A DNA stretch of 64,000 bases from an uncultured Nitrosomonadales bacterium (GTDB lineage Bacteria; Pseudomonadota; Gammaproteobacteria; Burkholderiales; Methylophilaceae): NCBI GenBank assembly GCA_913048465.1, contig CAJWVO010000006.1, positions 2,012 through 66,011 on the forward strand. Reading direction: 5' to 3'. Below the pieces are notes generated by a model. The model searched no databases. It was not told the origin of the DNA and saw only the letters and a program-made list of their open reading frames with translations. A program made the position numbers and the translations under genes. Of the stretch, positions 32,608 to 46,533 are shown in pieces. Position 1 is the first letter of the stretch. Every line of letters starts with the position of its first letter.

Positions 32608-35600
32608 TCCTTAAGTTCGCCTACAAGAGATTTAATCTTATTCAGCTTATCTAACGGGTCCTCAAAATCACCTGCTAAAGTTATCTTATTTGGCCCATCA
32701 AGCTTAATGTGTTTATTTGTCTGGACCAGATCAATGATCTTTAATGGGTCGATGTTATTCTTTTCCCTAAAATTCAAACTAATAGTTTTCTTTCCAGCAT
32801 CAATTTTGATCACGTCTAAATCCTTAGTTATTATGCGAATATGATGAATGATAAACAAATTTTCAGTCTGCTCAGGAGCAACTCCGAAACGATCAATGAG
32901 CTCTTCTTGAATCATTTGTAAATCTTCTAATGACTCACATGATGACAACCTTTTATAGATCACTAGACGCTCATTTGGGTCACCACAGTATTGATTAGTA
33001 AGTATCGCTGGGGCATGGATATTAATCTCATTGTTCTCATTATAGTCGGCATTAATATCAAGTGCCTCATTGTTTTTAAGGTGAGTCACGGCTCGATTCA
33101 GCATTTTTAAATACATTGAAAAACCAATTTCATGAATCTCACCACTTTGTTGGTCTCCTAATATTTCTCCAGCACCACGAATCTCAAGATCATGCATCGC
33201 TAAGAAATAGCCTGAGCCCAAATCTTCAAGATACTGAATAGCTTCTAATCTTTTTTTGGCTTTACCTGTAAGGCTTCGATTTTCATCAATTAATAAATAT
33301 GCAAAAGCTTGATGATGCGAACGACCTACACGACCCCTTAATTGATGCAATTGAGATAATCCAAAGCGGTCTGCATTATTGATAATAATTGTATTTGAGG
33401 TTGGTATATCGATACCTGTTTCAATAATGGTTGTGCACAGTAACAAGTTAAATCTTTGCTGATGGAAATCTTGCATAACCCTTTCAAGCTCTTTCTCTTT
33501 CATCTGACCATGAGCAATGGCCACTTTTGCGTCAGGCATAATTTTTGTTAATTTTTCACTGATTGCATAGATGGAATTTACATCATTATGTAAAAAGTAA
33601 GCTTGTCCTCCACGATTAAATTCCCTTGTTAGGGCTTCCTTGATTATTCCTTCTGAAAAATTCTTAACCATGGTCTTAATTGACAATCTCTTTTGAGGAG
33701 GTGTAGAGATGATTGAAAAATCTCTTAAGCCTTCAAGCGACATTGAAAGAGTTCGTGGTATGGGTGTAGCGGTTAAAGCCAGGAAGTCCGTATTTGTTTT
33801 AAATTTCTTTAGCATTTCCTTTTGACGAACGCCAAAACGATGCTCTTCATCAACAATAATAAGGCCAATATTATCTATTTTTATGTCTTTTTGTAATAAA
33901 CGGTGAGTGCCGATAACAATATCTACTTTTCCATTAGCCAGTTTTTCTAGAACCTCATTTTGCTGCTTATTACTTTTAAATCTTGAGATTTCCTCAATCT
34001 CAACAGGAAATGAGCTAAATCGATCAACAAAGTTATTATAATGTTGGCTAGCAAGCAAGGTTGTTGGCACTAATATGATTACCTGACGATTGTTCATGAC
34101 AGTTATAAACGCTGCTCGCATTGCCACCTCAGTTTTACCAAAACCAACATCACCACAGATAAGGCGATCCATTGGTCTTGCAGATTCCATATCTTTGATT
34201 ACAGACTCAATTGCCTGCATTTGATCTGGAGTTTCCTCAAAGGGAAATTCGTTCGCAAATTTCTGATACTCAAGCAAGTCAATTTTTGACACCAAACCCT
34301 TCTTCTTTTCTCTAAGCGCATATAAATTTAAAAGTTCTGCTGCTGTGTCATAGACTTGTTTTAACGCTTTTCTTTTTTCTTTTTCCCATTGCCCTGAACC
34401 CAATTTATGCAATGGTGCCGATTCGATAGGTCCGCCTGTATATCTAGAAATGGAATTTAACTGGGTGACGGGGACATACAACTTGTCCTCTTTTTCATAA
34501 GTTAACAATAAAAATTCATTTATTGAGCCCAGCATATCCAATTGGACAAGGCCTTGATAGCGACCTACTCCATGATTCTCATGGACAACAGGATCACCAA
34601 CTGATATCTCAGAAAGGTCTTTAATTACAACCTCGGCGTTATAATCCTTACTTTTATATTTTGATTTTTCTTGATGGATGAAATCAGGAAATAAATCATA
34701 CTCGGTGAATACTTCAAAATATTCATCAGAAAATCCCTCTTTTAAAGGAGATTGAATAAGCTGATGCTCAATTACTGGATCTAAGATATTAATACTTTCA
34801 GATCTCTTTAAATTAAGGTCACACTCAGTGAGCATCTTATGAATTGTTTCTCTTCGACCTAAGCTCTCAGCGGAAATTATTATTTTTTTGGGGCATTGGT
34901 TAATGTAATCCGCTATATTTTTATAGCCGTCCCTATAATCAATAGTGATTTTAGGTAGCGGATTATCAATTACATCAAAATTAAGATTTTTAAAACGATT
35001 TAGGTCCTGATGAAATTTTAAAGAATCCATCATAATTTCTTCTGGATTCAATATAGGTCGCTCAATGTCATAAGCATACATTTTGAATCTTGTTTGAGCG
35101 TCAAGCCAATAGTGATCTATGCTGGATGATAATTTAAAAGGGACATCAATTAATGTTTCATCGGGAAGATAATCAAAAATTGTATTCGTCTCTTGAAAGA
35201 AAAGTGGTAAGTACCATTCCATTCCAGCAAAGGGGATCTTATTCGATATGTTTGTATAAATCGGCGACTTACTTGGATCACCAGAAAATCTTTCACGATA
35301 ATTTTTTCTAAAAGTTTCAATAGATAATTCAGTAAGCGGACATTCTCGCGCAGGTAATATCTCAATCCTCTTTGTTGGATAAATACTTTTTTGAGTTTCA
35401 ACATCAAAGGTTTTTATACTTTCTATTTCGGTATCAAAAAAATCTATCCTGAACGGAATGGTAGATCCCATGGGAAATAAATCAATCAACCCTCCCCTTA
35501 CCGCAAACTCACCTGGATGAAACACCTTCTGGACATTGATATATCCATTTTCTATCAAAACTTTTTTTAAGGACTCTAGATCGACCTTTTGCCCCTTGCT

Positions 35601-35966
35601 ATAAAAAAAACTATTCTGCGTGATGTATTGTTTTGGAGGCAAATAATTTAATGCTGATGTTGCTGGAATAATTAAAATATCAAAAGCTTTCTGAGTGACT
35701 AAAAACAGTGACATTAAACGATCTGAGATTAAGTCAGGGTGGGGTGAAACGGTATCGTAAGGCAATGTTTCCCAATCAGGGATCATAGAAACCACAAGAT
35801 TTTGATTAAACCAGAGCATCTCCTGCTGAAGCCGCGCAGCAACATAACTGTCCTTAGTAAAAATAACTAACGGAGTATTTTTTGCGCTTAGTTCAGAACA
35901 ATAAAATTTTATTATCTGGTAAGCGTAAGATGTGTAATTCAGTATATTTTTTGTATTTGTATTCAT
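32604..35966 (-). CDS. mfd: Transcription-repair coupling factor
   Basis: DWETLPYD, GDVGFGKTEVA, DEEHRFGVRQKE, HDLEIRGAGE. Confidence 0.98.
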   Translation of the reverse strand: MNTNTKNILNYTSYAYQIIKFYCSELSAKNTPLVIFTKDSYVAARLQQEMLWFNQNLVVSMIPDWETLPYDTVSPHPDLISDRLMSLFLVTQKAFDILIIPATSALNYLPPKQYITQNSFFYSKGQKVDLESLKKVLIENGYINVQKVFHPGEFAVRGGLIDLFPMGSTIPFRIDFFDTEIESIKTFDVETQKSIYPTKRIEILPARECPLTELSIETFRKNYRERFSGDPSKSPIYTNISNKIPFAGMEWYLPLFFQETNTIFDYLPDETLIDVPFKLSSSIDHYWLDAQTRFKMYAYDIERPILNPEEIMMDSLKFHQDLNRFKNLNFDVIDNPLPKITIDYRDGYKNIADYINQCPKKIIISAESLGRRETIHKMLTECDLNLKRSESINILDPVIEHQLIQSPLKEGFSDEYFEVFTEYDLFPDFIHQEKSKYKSKDYNAEVVIKDLSEISVGDPVVHENHGVGRYQGLVQLDMLGSINEFLLLTYEKEDKLYVPVTQLNSISRYTGGPIESAPLHKLGSGQWEKEKRKALKQVYDTAAELLNLYALREKKKGLVSKIDLLEYQKFANEFPFEETPDQMQAIESVIKDMESARPMDRLICGDVGFGKTEVAMRAAFITVMNNRQVIILVPTTLLASQHYNNFVDRFSSFPVEIEEISRFKSNKQQNEVLEKLANGKVDIVIGTHRLLQKDIKIDNIGLIIVDEEHRFGVRQKEMLKKFKTNTDFLALTATPIPRTLSMSLEGLRDFSIISTPPQKRLSIKTMVKNFSEGIIKEALTREFNRGGQAYFLHNDVNSIYAISEKLTKIMPDAKVAIAHGQMKEKELERVMQDFHQQRFNLLLCTTIIETGIDIPTSNTIIINNADRFGLSQLHQLRGRVGRSHHQAFAYLLIDENRSLTGKAKKRLEAIQYLEDLGSGYFLAMHDLEIRGAGEILGDQQSGEIHEIGFSMYLKMLNRAVTHLKNNEALDINADYNENNEINIHAPAILTNQYCGDPNERLVIYKRLSSCESLEDLQMIQEELIDRFGVAPEQTENLFIIHHIRIITKDLDVIKIDAGKKTISLNFREKNNIDPLKIIDLVQTNKHIKLDGPNKITLAGDFEDPLDKLNKIKSLVGELKD

Positions 35967-36010
35967 TTGGCTTTAAAATTAAGCAGTCATTATAAACACA
36001 TTAAATCCAC

Positions 36011-36682
36011 ATGGAAGATAAAGAAATTATTGCTATAAAAGCACTCGATTATGTAACCGACAATTCTGTGATCGGATTAGGGACCGGATCAACTGCAAAT
36101 TTTTTTATTAAACACCTTGCTAATAAAATTAAGAATGAAAGATTAAATATACAGGTGGTAGCAAGCTCCACCGTATCTGAAATAGAAGCTGTAAGAAATA
36201 AATTAAATTTGATTGGTATCGATACACTGGAGAATCTTGATCTTTATGTGGATGGTGCGGACGAAATTACGAATGATTTAAATGTATTAAAAGGCCGTGG
36301 CTATGATTTAGTGAAAGAGAAGATACTTGCCCAAAGTGCTAACAAATTTATCATTATTGCCGACCATTCAAAGAGAGTTAATCATATAGGCGAAAATTAT
36401 CCAATTCCTATCGAGGTCTTAAAAAGTACTTGGAGATTAAGTAAAAAAATTCTAGATAAATTTGGTCAAGGAAGCTTAAGAAAAAATGCAGCAAAAGATG
36501 CATACGCCATCTCATCTGCTGGGAATTATATTTTTGATTACTCTTTTGATGAAGTACCCTTGAAAGATTTACATGAAATAATCTTAACCACCCCAGGTGT
36601 TATTGAAACTGGTATTTTTTATGCAATCACTGACTGTGCCCTTATTGTTGATAATGGAAACATTGAAGTGCTATCTAAATAG
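36011..36682 (+). CDS. rpiA: Ribose-5-phosphate isomerase A
   Basis: [25 protein letters not shown]. Confidence 0.96.
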   Translation: MEDKEIIAIKALDYVTDNSVIGLGTGSTANFFIKHLANKIKNERLNIQVVASSTVSEIEAVRNKLNLIGIDTLENLDLYVDGADEITNDLNVLKGRGYDLVKEKILAQSANKFIIIADHSKRVNHIGENYPIPIEVLKSTWRLSKKILDKFGQGSLRKNAAKDAYAISSAGNYIFDYSFDEVPLKDLHEIILTTPGVIETGIFYAITDCALIVDNGNIEVLSK

Positions 36683-37952
36683 AAATCGTTGTTTTATTCT
36701 TCATGTAAGGCTGTAATACCAATGGTATGTTGATAGAACCATCTGCCTTTTGATTATTTTCTATTATGGCTACAAGCGTTCGACCTACAGCAAGGCCTGA
36801 ACCGTTCAGTGTATGTAACAGTGTATTCTTACCCTCATCATTTTTAAAGCGAGCTTTTAGCCTTCTTGCTTGAAAATCTTCACAATTGGAGATTGAAGAA
36901 ATTTCTCGATACTGTTGTTGTGATGGAAGCCATACCTCGATATCGTAAGTTTTAGATGCGCCAAAACCCATGTCACCAGATGAGAGTGTCATTACTCGAT
37001 AAGGCAAATCAAGAGCTTTTAGAATATTTTCTGCATGTGAAAGCATCTCCTCTAGGGCTTCATAACTTGATTCTGGTTTAGTTATTTGAACCATCTCAAC
37101 TTTATCAAACTGATGTTGACGAATCATCCCTCTGGTATCTTTTCCATACGACCCTGCCTCGGATCTAAAGCATGGGGTATGCGCAGTCATCTTGATAGGT
37201 AAGTCTTTTACATCAACAATCTCATCACGCACAGTATTTGTGAGCGAAACCTCTGAGGTTGGGATTAAATATAAAGATTCATCTTCATTCTTCTGAGTAA
37301 CGAACAAATCATCACCAAACTTGGGTAACTGTCCCGTTCCCAATAAAGAATCTTCATTCACCAAATATGGGGTATAACATTCAATGTATCCGTGATTTTC
37401 GGTATGTGTATCTATCATGAATTGACCTATTGCACGATGCAACCTAGCAATATCATTTTTCATAAACACAAAACGAGAGCCCGAAACTTTAGCAGCCGTA
37501 TCAAAATCAAGGCCAAGAGGTGCGCCTAAGTCAACATGATCTTTAACCTCAAAATCAAATTCTGGAAGTGTGCCAACTTCTTTTACTAATTCGTTACTTG
37601 TTTCATCAGGACCAATTGGAACCGACTCATGGGGCACATTAGGTATAAGGAGTAAAAAATTATTTAATTTTTCTTGGATTAATGAAAGTTGTGATTCAAA
37701 CTCTTTAGATTGTGCTGATATATTTGAGACTTTCTCAAGAACGTCTCTAGCATCCTTACCTTGAGACTTTAATACACCGACTTGTTTTGAAAGATCATTT
37801 CTTTCTTGTTGGAGTTCTTGGGTTTTTATTTGAATATCTTTTCTCTCCTCTTCGAGTGAATTAAAAAAATTAACATCTAGGTCAAATCCTCTATGTTTTA
37901 AAATTTTTTCTAGTGACCCTATGTCATTTCTCAGCAAGTTAATATCAATCAT
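36675..37952 (-). CDS. serS: Serine--tRNA ligase
   Basis: [42 protein letters not shown]. Confidence 0.99.
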   Translation of the reverse strand: MIDINLLRNDIGSLEKILKHRGFDLDVNFFNSLEEERKDIQIKTQELQQERNDLSKQVGVLKSQGKDARDVLEKVSNISAQSKEFESQLSLIQEKLNNFLLLIPNVPHESVPIGPDETSNELVKEVGTLPEFDFEVKDHVDLGAPLGLDFDTAAKVSGSRFVFMKNDIARLHRAIGQFMIDTHTENHGYIECYTPYLVNEDSLLGTGQLPKFGDDLFVTQKNEDESLYLIPTSEVSLTNTVRDEIVDVKDLPIKMTAHTPCFRSEAGSYGKDTRGMIRQHQFDKVEMVQITKPESSYEALEEMLSHAENILKALDLPYRVMTLSSGDMGFGASKTYDIEVWLPSQQQYREISSISNCEDFQARRLKARFKNDEGKNTLLHTLNGSGLAVGRTLVAIIENNQKADGSINIPLVLQPYMKNKTTISI

Positions 37953-39234
37953 TATTTTTATTTTTTTTATCTAAATTATTTAGAAAATTTAACTTCTCAT
38001 TAATTTTTATTTCCAACCCACGGTTGGTTGGAGAGTAGAATTGTATCGGATCTAGCTCATCAGGGAAATATTTTTCTCCCGCCGCATATGCGTGTGGCTC
38101 ATTGTGTGCATAACGATATTCCTTACCATAACCAATGCCTCTCATTAATTTTGTTGGAGCATTTCTGAGGTGAATTGGCACATCATAATTATTATGATCA
38201 CTGACGTATGCCTTAGACATATTATATGCCTGATAGGCAGCATTACTTTTGGGAGCAGCTGCTAAATATAAAACTGCATTTGTAAGGGCCAGCTCTCCTT
38301 CTGGTGAGCCCAGTCTCTCAAATATTTGATAGGCTTCAAGCGCAATGGTTTGACCTCTAGGGTCTGCTAAGCCAATATCCTCAATTGCTATTCTTATGAT
38401 TCTTCTAGCAAGATACATCGGATCCGCTCCACCATCGAGCATTCTCTGAAGCCAATAGATTGAAGCATCAGGGTCTGATCCACGCACTGATTTATGAAGT
38501 GCTGAGATTTGATCATAAAATTGTTCACCACCCTTATCAAAACGTCTATAAGAGGATGACGCAATTTTTTTGATTAAATCAATATCAACCTCTATCGGTT
38601 TATCTTTGGAGTAAAAATAAATAACCTCAACGAGATTCAGCAATCTTCTTCCATCTCCATTTGCGTATTCAATAATAAACTCGGTGGAGGACTCATCAAG
38701 CTTAATATTTTCTTGAATGGATAAGGCTTTATCTAATATTTTTTTTAATGCCTCATTTGATAATGAGTTAAGGATATACACTTGGCAACGACTCAATAAG
38801 GCAGAATTTACTTCAAATGATGGGTTTTCTGTTGTTGCCCCAATAAATGTAAAAAGTCCATTTTCAACATGAGGTAAAAAAGCATCCTGTTGGCTTTTGT
38901 TAAATCGATGGACCTCATCAATAAAAAGCATTGTTTTTTTTTGATTCTGATCTTTATTAAAATTGGCTTTATCAACTGCCTCGCGAATATCTTTAACGCC
39001 TGATAAAACTGCAGACAGAGAAATGAATTCGTAATTAACTGAATTAGCTATTGCAAATGCAATAGATGTCTTTCCAACTCCAGGAGGTCCCCATAAAATA
39101 ATTGAAGGAAGTTTATTAAACATCACAGCATTTCGTATTGGGCAATCATCCCCTAAGAGGTGATCTTGACCAATAACATCATCAATGGTTTTTGGTCTTA
39201 ATATTTCTGCTAATGGTTGCGATAAGGTGTTCAT
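37945..39234 (-). CDS. rarA: Replication-associated recombination AAA+ ATPase RarA/MgsA
   Basis: [36 protein letters not shown]. Confidence 0.97.
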   Translation of the reverse strand: MNTLSQPLAEILRPKTIDDVIGQDHLLGDDCPIRNAVMFNKLPSIILWGPPGVGKTSIAFAIANSVNYEFISLSAVLSGVKDIREAVDKANFNKDQNQKKTMLFIDEVHRFNKSQQDAFLPHVENGLFTFIGATTENPSFEVNSALLSRCQVYILNSLSNEALKKILDKALSIQENIKLDESSTEFIIEYANGDGRRLLNLVEVIYFYSKDKPIEVDIDLIKKIASSSYRRFDKGGEQFYDQISALHKSVRGSDPDASIYWLQRMLDGGADPMYLARRIIRIAIEDIGLADPRGQTIALEAYQIFERLGSPEGELALTNAVLYLAAAPKSNAAYQAYNMSKAYVSDHNNYDVPIHLRNAPTKLMRGIGYGKEYRYAHNEPHAYAAGEKYFPDELDPIQFYSPTNRGLEIKINEKLNFLNNLDKKNKNND

Positions 39235-39237
39235 ACT

Positions 39238-39846
39238 TTAATTTTTGATCACCTCAACGTTGTCTGGAACATTAAAAAGGAATGATGCCTCATCGATGTT
39301 GTGATTTTGTGAGATATTAACAAAATTTATGATGATCTTATTCTGAAGGCCATCAATGACTCTCATACCATTAATCTTATCTTCATTGAATGAAATTTCT
39401 AAGGATTGATAATCGATATCCTTTGATTTTGATTCGCAACGATACCAAGTCTCATCCTCAATAAGAATTTTTGTCACCTTAAAAGACTCCTCAATATTAT
39501 TAAGAAAAAAAATGTTAGCAGGATTATTACTTTTAGATTGACTAAATTTAGACATAATCACTTGAGATAAGTCAGGGTCATAAATATAAACTGTCTCTCC
39601 GTCACCAATAATTTGATTTTGATGAGGAGCTTGGTATATCCATTTAAAAAAGTGAGGTTTTTTGAAAGCAACCTTACCATTCGCCTCTTCGATTAATTGT
39701 GATTTGTTGTCGTATACCGATTGACTAAATTGTCCGGAAAAAGCTATTGTTTTGTTGAGAAGGTTTGATAACTCATCAGCAGGCGAAGCCCATAATAAAT
39801 TAATATTTAAATAAAAAATCAAGATGAATGTAAAGGGTCTAATCAC
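39238..39846 (-). CDS. lolA: Outer-membrane lipoprotein carrier
   Basis: Signal peptide; [30 protein letters not shown]; ftsK-lolA-rarA-serS synteny. Confidence 0.93.
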   Translation of the reverse strand: MIRPFTFILIFYLNINLLWASPADELSNLLNKTIAFSGQFSQSVYDNKSQLIEEANGKVAFKKPHFFKWIYQAPHQNQIIGDGETVYIYDPDLSQVIMSKFSQSKSNNPANIFFLNNIEESFKVTKILIEDETWYRCESKSKDIDYQSLEISFNEDKINGMRVIDGLQNKIIINFVNISQNHNIDEASFLFNVPDNVEVIKN

Positions 39847-42146
39847 TCTTGATTTGGCTGGATAACCTCTCGGTTTCCGTTGCTTTGCATTGGTGAAACA
39901 AGTCCAGCTTTTTCCATGTCTTCGATTATTCGTGCCGCACGATTATATCCGATACGTAAATTTCTTTGCACGTATGAGATTGAAGGTTTTTTGGATTCAA
40001 TAACCAATTGAACTGCTTGATCGTATAGTGGATCTTTTTCTCCATTTGCATCGCCTGACGAGCCTGAAGTAAACTCTATGGACTCTTGTGAGTTAATCAC
40101 CTCCTCAACATAGATAGGCTTGCCTTGCTGTTTGAGAAAACTTACCACTTTGTGTACTTCTTGATCTGAAACAAATGCTCCATGAACTCTTGAGGGGTAT
40201 CCTGATCCAGCCGGCAGATAAAGCATATCTCCCTGGCCTAAAAGGTTTTCTGCGCCCATTTGATCCAAAATCGTTCTGGAATCCACACGGCTTGATACCT
40301 GAAACGCTACCCTTACAGGGACATTAGCTTTAATTAATCCGGTAATTACATCAACTGAGGGTCTTTGGGTAGCCAAGACCAAGTGGATTCCAGCGGCCCT
40401 AGCCTTTTGTGCAATTCTGGCAATTAACTCTTCCGCCTTTTTGCCGACGACCATCATTAGATCTGCAAGCTCGTCAATCACAATCACTATTAATGGCATG
40501 CATTCAAGGACTTCAGGATTTTCAGGATCAGTAGAAAAAGGATTGGTCATTGGGGACCCAGAATCTGAAGCTTGTTTTAACTTCTCATTAAACCCTGAAA
40601 TATTTCGTACGCCAAATTCTGCCATTAGCCTATATCGTCGATCCATTTCTTTGACCGACCAGTTAAGTGCATGACCGGCCTCTCTCATATCTGTCACAAC
40701 AGGTGTAAGGAGATGAGGTATATCCTGATAGACAGACAACTCTAACATTTTTGGGTCAATCATGATTAATTTGACTTCATTTGCTTTGGCTTTATACAAA
40801 AAGCTCAGTATCAAAGCATTAATGGCGACAGACTTACCAGACCCTGTTGTACCGGCAATTAAAACGTGTGGCATTTTGCCAAGATCAGCAACCACCGGCT
40901 TTCCTGATATATCTTTACCAAGCGCTATGGTCGTCAGCGAGGCAGTGTCTGCAAACGTTTTCGAACTCATAATTTCTGAAAGATAAACAATCTGTCTTTT
41001 ATTATTGGGAATCTCAAGGCCCATGTATGTTTTTCCAGGAATGGTTTCAACAACCCTTACACTAGTTACAGATAATGATCTTGCCAGATCTTTTGAAAGG
41101 TTTGTCACCTGACTGCCTTTCACTCCCGCAGAGGGTTCAATCTCGTAACGAGTAATCACAGGGCCAGGTTGCGCTGAAATAACTTTTGCCTCGATTCCAA
41201 AATCTAATAATTTCTTTTCAATTAAACGTGAAATGAATTCTATTGTTTCAGGTGATTGCTGATCGACTTCTTTAGGTGGTTGATCAAGTAAATGTAAAGG
41301 AGGTAAATCTCCATCTGAGCTTACTTCATCAAACAAAGTGGTTTGTTTTTCTTTTTTAACTCTAGTACTTTCTTTGATATCATTCTTTGGTATTAATATT
41401 TCAACAGGCTTGCGATCCTCATGTTTTTTTCTTTCATTTTCAACATACTCAATTCTTTGCTGCTCAAATTTTTTGCCGGCTCTCCTGTCAAAAAAATCAT
41501 TTACCTTGATAGAAATTTTATTTATCAGTTGCAAGCATATTTCGCCAATTTTTTCACTTATAGTTAACCATGACCAACCAGTAAAAAGACTTAGTCCCGA
41601 TGCAAGACTGATTACTAAAAGTAGAAGTGATCCTATATAACCAATCATTCCTCTGAGCAATGAATCAATTGATGAACCAGCTAAACCACCCTGCATAGAT
41701 GCATAGGATGCTTGAAGGTTGATCACATGCCCAGCCTCCAAAGCTGCAGATGACAATAGAAAAACAGCAAAACCAAGATAGTTAATCCACAATACTCTTC
41801 TGGAATTTTCAGTATCCTCAATCCTCTTGTAAATTAGATTTATAGAATAAAAAAGCAAAAAAACAAACCACCACGATGATAAACCAAAGAGATAAACCAA
41901 TATGTCAGATAAGTATGCACCAAAAGCACCGCCCAGATTAAAAATTTGATCTTGAGATTGAGTTGTATGTGACCAAGATGGGTCTAATGGATTGTATGTA
42001 GCTAAAGCAATAATTAAATAAATACCACTAAATAGGAGAAGTAAAAAAACAATTTCTCTTAATACACGATCAATCGTTTTTTTTTCGAGCAAGGCTTTAT
42101 TTAGCAAGTCATTAGACTTTTTTTTATTTTTTTTATTAAAAATCAA
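39843..42146 (-). CDS. ftsK: DNA translocase FtsK
   Basis: N-terminal TMs, [30 protein letters not shown] gamma domain. Confidence 0.98.
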   Translation of the reverse strand: MIFNKKNKKKSNDLLNKALLEKKTIDRVLREIVFLLLLFSGIYLIIALATYNPLDPSWSHTTQSQDQIFNLGGAFGAYLSDILVYLFGLSSWWFVFLLFYSINLIYKRIEDTENSRRVLWINYLGFAVFLLSSAALEAGHVINLQASYASMQGGLAGSSIDSLLRGMIGYIGSLLLLVISLASGLSLFTGWSWLTISEKIGEICLQLINKISIKVNDFFDRRAGKKFEQQRIEYVENERKKHEDRKPVEILIPKNDIKESTRVKKEKQTTLFDEVSSDGDLPPLHLLDQPPKEVDQQSPETIEFISRLIEKKLLDFGIEAKVISAQPGPVITRYEIEPSAGVKGSQVTNLSKDLARSLSVTSVRVVETIPGKTYMGLEIPNNKRQIVYLSEIMSSKTFADTASLTTIALGKDISGKPVVADLGKMPHVLIAGTTGSGKSVAINALILSFLYKAKANEVKLIMIDPKMLELSVYQDIPHLLTPVVTDMREAGHALNWSVKEMDRRYRLMAEFGVRNISGFNEKLKQASDSGSPMTNPFSTDPENPEVLECMPLIVIVIDELADLMMVVGKKAEELIARIAQKARAAGIHLVLATQRPSVDVITGLIKANVPVRVAFQVSSRVDSRTILDQMGAENLLGQGDMLYLPAGSGYPSRVHGAFVSDQEVHKVVSFLKQQGKPIYVEEVINSQESIEFTSGSSGDANGEKDPLYDQAVQLVIESKKPSISYVQRNLRIGYNRAARIIEDMEKAGLVSPMQSNGNREVIQPNQE

Positions 42147-42192
42147 TATTAATTATTCTAGGGTTTGTTTGAAAAATTATATCAGCTAGTAG

Positions 42193-43721
<1,529 letters not shown>

Positions 43722-43747
<26 letters not shown>

Positions 43748-44216
43748 TTAGGCAAACAACTTCTGCTGCAATACCCTCTCCCCTTCCAATTGCACCCAAT
43801 TTTTCCATTGTCTTTGCTTTGATATTTATGTCATTAACAGAACACATCAAATCAGTAGAAATATTTACTTTCATCTGATGAGAAAAATTTAAAATCTTTG
43901 GAGCTTCACATATGATCGTTGCATCGATGTTTGATATAGTATATTTCATTTCCTCCATCTTTTGACAAACCTCTTGTAACAAAACTCTTGAGTTAATGTC
44001 TTTATACTTTTGATCATTATCAGGAAATAGTTGCCCTATATCACCTAAACCCATAGCTCCGATCAAGGCATCGCATATAGCATGCAATAGGACATCTGCA
44101 TCAGAATGACCCTGTAAGCCCTTATTAAATGGGATATGAACTCCTCCAATAATGCAAGGGCGACCCTCAACCAGAGGGTGAATATCAAAACCATGTCCAA
44201 TTTTTAATTTACTCAT
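43722..44216 (-). CDS. ispF: 2-C-methyl-D-erythritol 2,4-cyclodiphosphate synthase
   Basis: IGHGFDIH, GHSDADVLLHA, GDIGQLFPD. Confidence 0.97.
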
Positions 44217-44222
44217 AATATT

Positions 44223-44876
44223 TTACAAATCTTCAGGGAAGGTAATTTTTTTGTTATCTGCAGGGCCCTTGATCACAACTGGCTTAAATCCGGCATACTC
44301 TAAAGCTTGACATTCATCAGTTGGGTTTCCTGGAAAACTCTCTAATGCTTCAAGCAGGATATTGTATGGAAACATTTGTGGGGTGTGAGCTAGCCATATT
44401 TTATTTCGATCAATTGTAGAGGTAATTTGCATTGACTCATTTACTTCCTTAACGGTATCCACACATGGTATTGCCATAATTGATCCATGGTCTGTTTTTA
44501 ATGTTTGATCTATAAAATTGGATAATTGTGAACTTGTTAAATAAGGTCTTACGGCATCATGCACTATAATCCAGTCCTCGTAGCCTACCTCATTAGCAAT
44601 CATCTTCAGAGCATTTTTTACCGTATCTGATCGATTGTTCCCACCGCACAAAATAAACTCAGACTTGGAGCTGAAATTTTTTTTCAATGGAAGCAATAAA
44701 TCTAAAACAACTGGATTGACGGCAATGTAAATTTTGTGAACAACACCTATATCAAAAATACGGTGGGTTTTTTCCAGAATAACTTCATCATCGATATGGC
44801 AGAGTTGTTTTGGAACCTTGGAGCCAAAGCGTTGACCCAAGCCTGATGCAGGAATTATGGTGAAGATCTTTCTCAT
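44223..44876 (-). CDS. ispD: 2-C-methyl-D-erythritol 4-phosphate cytidylyltransferase
   Basis: PASGLGQRFGSKVPKQ, VHDAVRP, HTPQMF, NKKITFPEDL; likely ATG at 44876. Confidence 0.95.
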   Translation of the reverse strand: MRKIFTIIPASGLGQRFGSKVPKQLCHIDDEVILEKTHRIFDIGVVHKIYIAVNPVVLDLLLPLKKNFSSKSEFILCGGNNRSDTVKNALKMIANEVGYEDWIIVHDAVRPYLTSSQLSNFIDQTLKTDHGSIMAIPCVDTVKEVNESMQITSTIDRNKIWLAHTPQMFPYNILLEALESFPGNPTDECQALEYAGFKPVVIKGPADNKKITFPEDL

Positions 44877-44882
44877 CACCAA

Positions 44883-44891
44883 ATTCTAGCA
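44883..44891 (-). promoter_or_regulatory. Extended -10 element 6 nt before the ispD ATG (candidate leaderless promoter)
   Basis: Minus strand TGcTAGAAT-ttggtg-ATG. Confidence 0.55.
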
Positions 44892-44896
44892 TGAGA

Positions 44897-46093
44897 TTAG
44901 CGATCGATATCTGGGGAAGCAGTGATTTTATGAATGGATATATCAGCCCCGTTGTACTCAGACTCTTGATCAAGTCTTAAATTACTAATCGAGTTAATCA
45001 CGTTGTAAACAATGTATCCAAAAACAAAAGCAAAACCTACGCCGAGCAGAGAGCCTACTAATTGCGCCATAAATGAAACGCCACCAAGTCCACCTAACAT
45101 CTCAAGCCCAAAGATACCCGCGGCAACACCACCCCATAGGCCACATAATCCATGCAGAGGCCAAACACCGAGCACGTCATCAATCTTCCACTTATTTTGT
45201 GTCATGTTAAAAGTCATAACAAATAATGCTCCAGCTATACTGCCGGTTATCAGCGCACCTATCGGGTGGAATAAATCAGAACCCGCACAAACAGCAACAA
45301 GACCAGCTAAAGGTCCGTTATATAAAAATCCAGGGTCATTTTTTCCAACTAACAGCGCTGCCAAAGTACCGCCCGCCATAGCCATCAGCGAATTAACTGC
45401 AACAAGACCTGAAATGCCTTCTAATTCTTGCGCGGACATTACATTAAATCCAAACCATCCAACTGTAAGGATCCATGAACCGAGCGCTAGAAAAGGTATG
45501 CTGGATGGCGGAAAAGCCACCAGAGAGCCATCTTTTTTATATCTTCCGTGTCTAGAACCAAGAATCAAAACTGCAGCCAACGCTAACCAACCACCAAAGC
45601 CATGTACAACGATGGAACCAGCAAAGTCATGAAATTCATAACCAAAAATTGAATCAAACATAGATTGAATAAAAAAGTTACCGTTCCACACAATTCCTTC
45701 AAATGTTGGGTAAATAAAACCAACAATAACGAAAGAAGCAATTAATTGAGGTTTAAAACAGGCTCTCTCCGCAATACCGCCAGAAATAATTGCCGGAATA
45801 GCGGCAGCAAAAGTAAGTAAAAAGAAAAATTTAACTAATTCATAGGCGCTTTTTTCTGAGATAGCAGCAGCGGAGTCAAAGAAATTCAATCCATACGCTA
45901 AGGAATAGCCAATAAAAAAATAGGCTATCGTTGATATAGCAAAGTCAGCAATAATTTTAGCAAGGGCATTCACCTGATTTTTTTCCCTCACGGTGCCAAC
46001 TTCTAAAAAAGCAAATCCTGCATGCATTGCTAAAACCATTATTGCGCCCAGAAGCACAAATAAGACATTACTTTGATCAACTAAATTTTCCAT
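44897..46093 (-). CDS. amt: Ammonium transporter (Amt family)
   Basis: GFAFLEVG, DFAGSIVVH and WPLHG twin-His, GWFGFN; likely start ATG 46093 (track extends to TTG 46108). Confidence 0.95.
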   Translation of the reverse strand: MENLVDQSNVLFVLLGAIMVLAMHAGFAFLEVGTVREKNQVNALAKIIADFAISTIAYFFIGYSLAYGLNFFDSAAAISEKSAYELVKFFFLLTFAAAIPAIISGGIAERACFKPQLIASFVIVGFIYPTFEGIVWNGNFFIQSMFDSIFGYEFHDFAGSIVVHGFGGWLALAAVLILGSRHGRYKKDGSLVAFPPSSIPFLALGSWILTVGWFGFNVMSAQELEGISGLVAVNSLMAMAGGTLAALLVGKNDPGFLYNGPLAGLVAVCAGSDLFHPIGALITGSIAGALFVMTFNMTQNKWKIDDVLGVWPLHGLCGLWGGVAAGIFGLEMLGGLGGVSFMAQLVGSLLGVGFAFVFGYIVYNVINSISNLRLDQESEYNGADISIHKITASPDIDR

Positions 46094-46178
46094 TGCCTGT
46101 ACCTGCAAAAATTAATAAAACATTAACAATACCTTTTTAAGATAAAATAAAAACTAAACAATCTTAATATTCTTGAGA

Positions 46179-46227
46179 TGCACAATATTAAAACATTTAA
46201 ATTACATTTTTGTAATATTTTGGTGCA
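46179..46227. promoter_or_regulatory. Pair of NtrC-like binding sites upstream of amt
   Basis: TGCACAATATTAAAACA (46179-46195) and TGTAATATTTTGGTGCA (46211-46227) versus NtrC consensus TGCACCAnnnTGGTGCA; 32 bp apart. Confidence 0.55.
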
Positions 46228-46230
46228 ATT

Positions 46231-46533
46231 TTGAATACATTATTTTTCATTTTATTGATTTTAGGTCTGATATTTTTTGTTGACAGCTTGGCGAAACAAG
46301 AAAAAGCAAAAAAATATGCCAAAAAACTAGTGTCTGACTATAACCTTCAGTTCTTGGATGATTCAATATACTGTGGAAAGATAACGATCGTGCAAGGCAG
46401 TAAATATCCTTTTAATATTCAAAGAAAATATCATTTCTATGCCTCACCATTTAATGAAAGAAAGCTTGCCTGTAATTTAGTCATGATCGGTTCAGATATG
46501 ACTGATTGGTATATCGAGCCTTACCATGAGTGA
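46231..46533 (+). CDS. DUF3301-like small membrane-anchored protein
   Basis: N-terminal TM, LQFLDDSI and RKYHF motifs; coupled to gluQ. Confidence 0.7.
   Translation: MNTLFFILLILGLIFFVDSLAKQEKAKKYAKKLVSDYNLQFLDDSIYCGKITIVQGSKYPFNIQRKYHFYASPFNERKLACNLVMIGSDMTDWYIEPYHE

Noticed and set aside
45012-45632. 206-aa plus-strand ORF
   Set aside because: Antisense shadow of amt; Pro/Ala/Asn-rich composition is what the complement of a Gly/Leu/Val-rich membrane gene yields; no RBS
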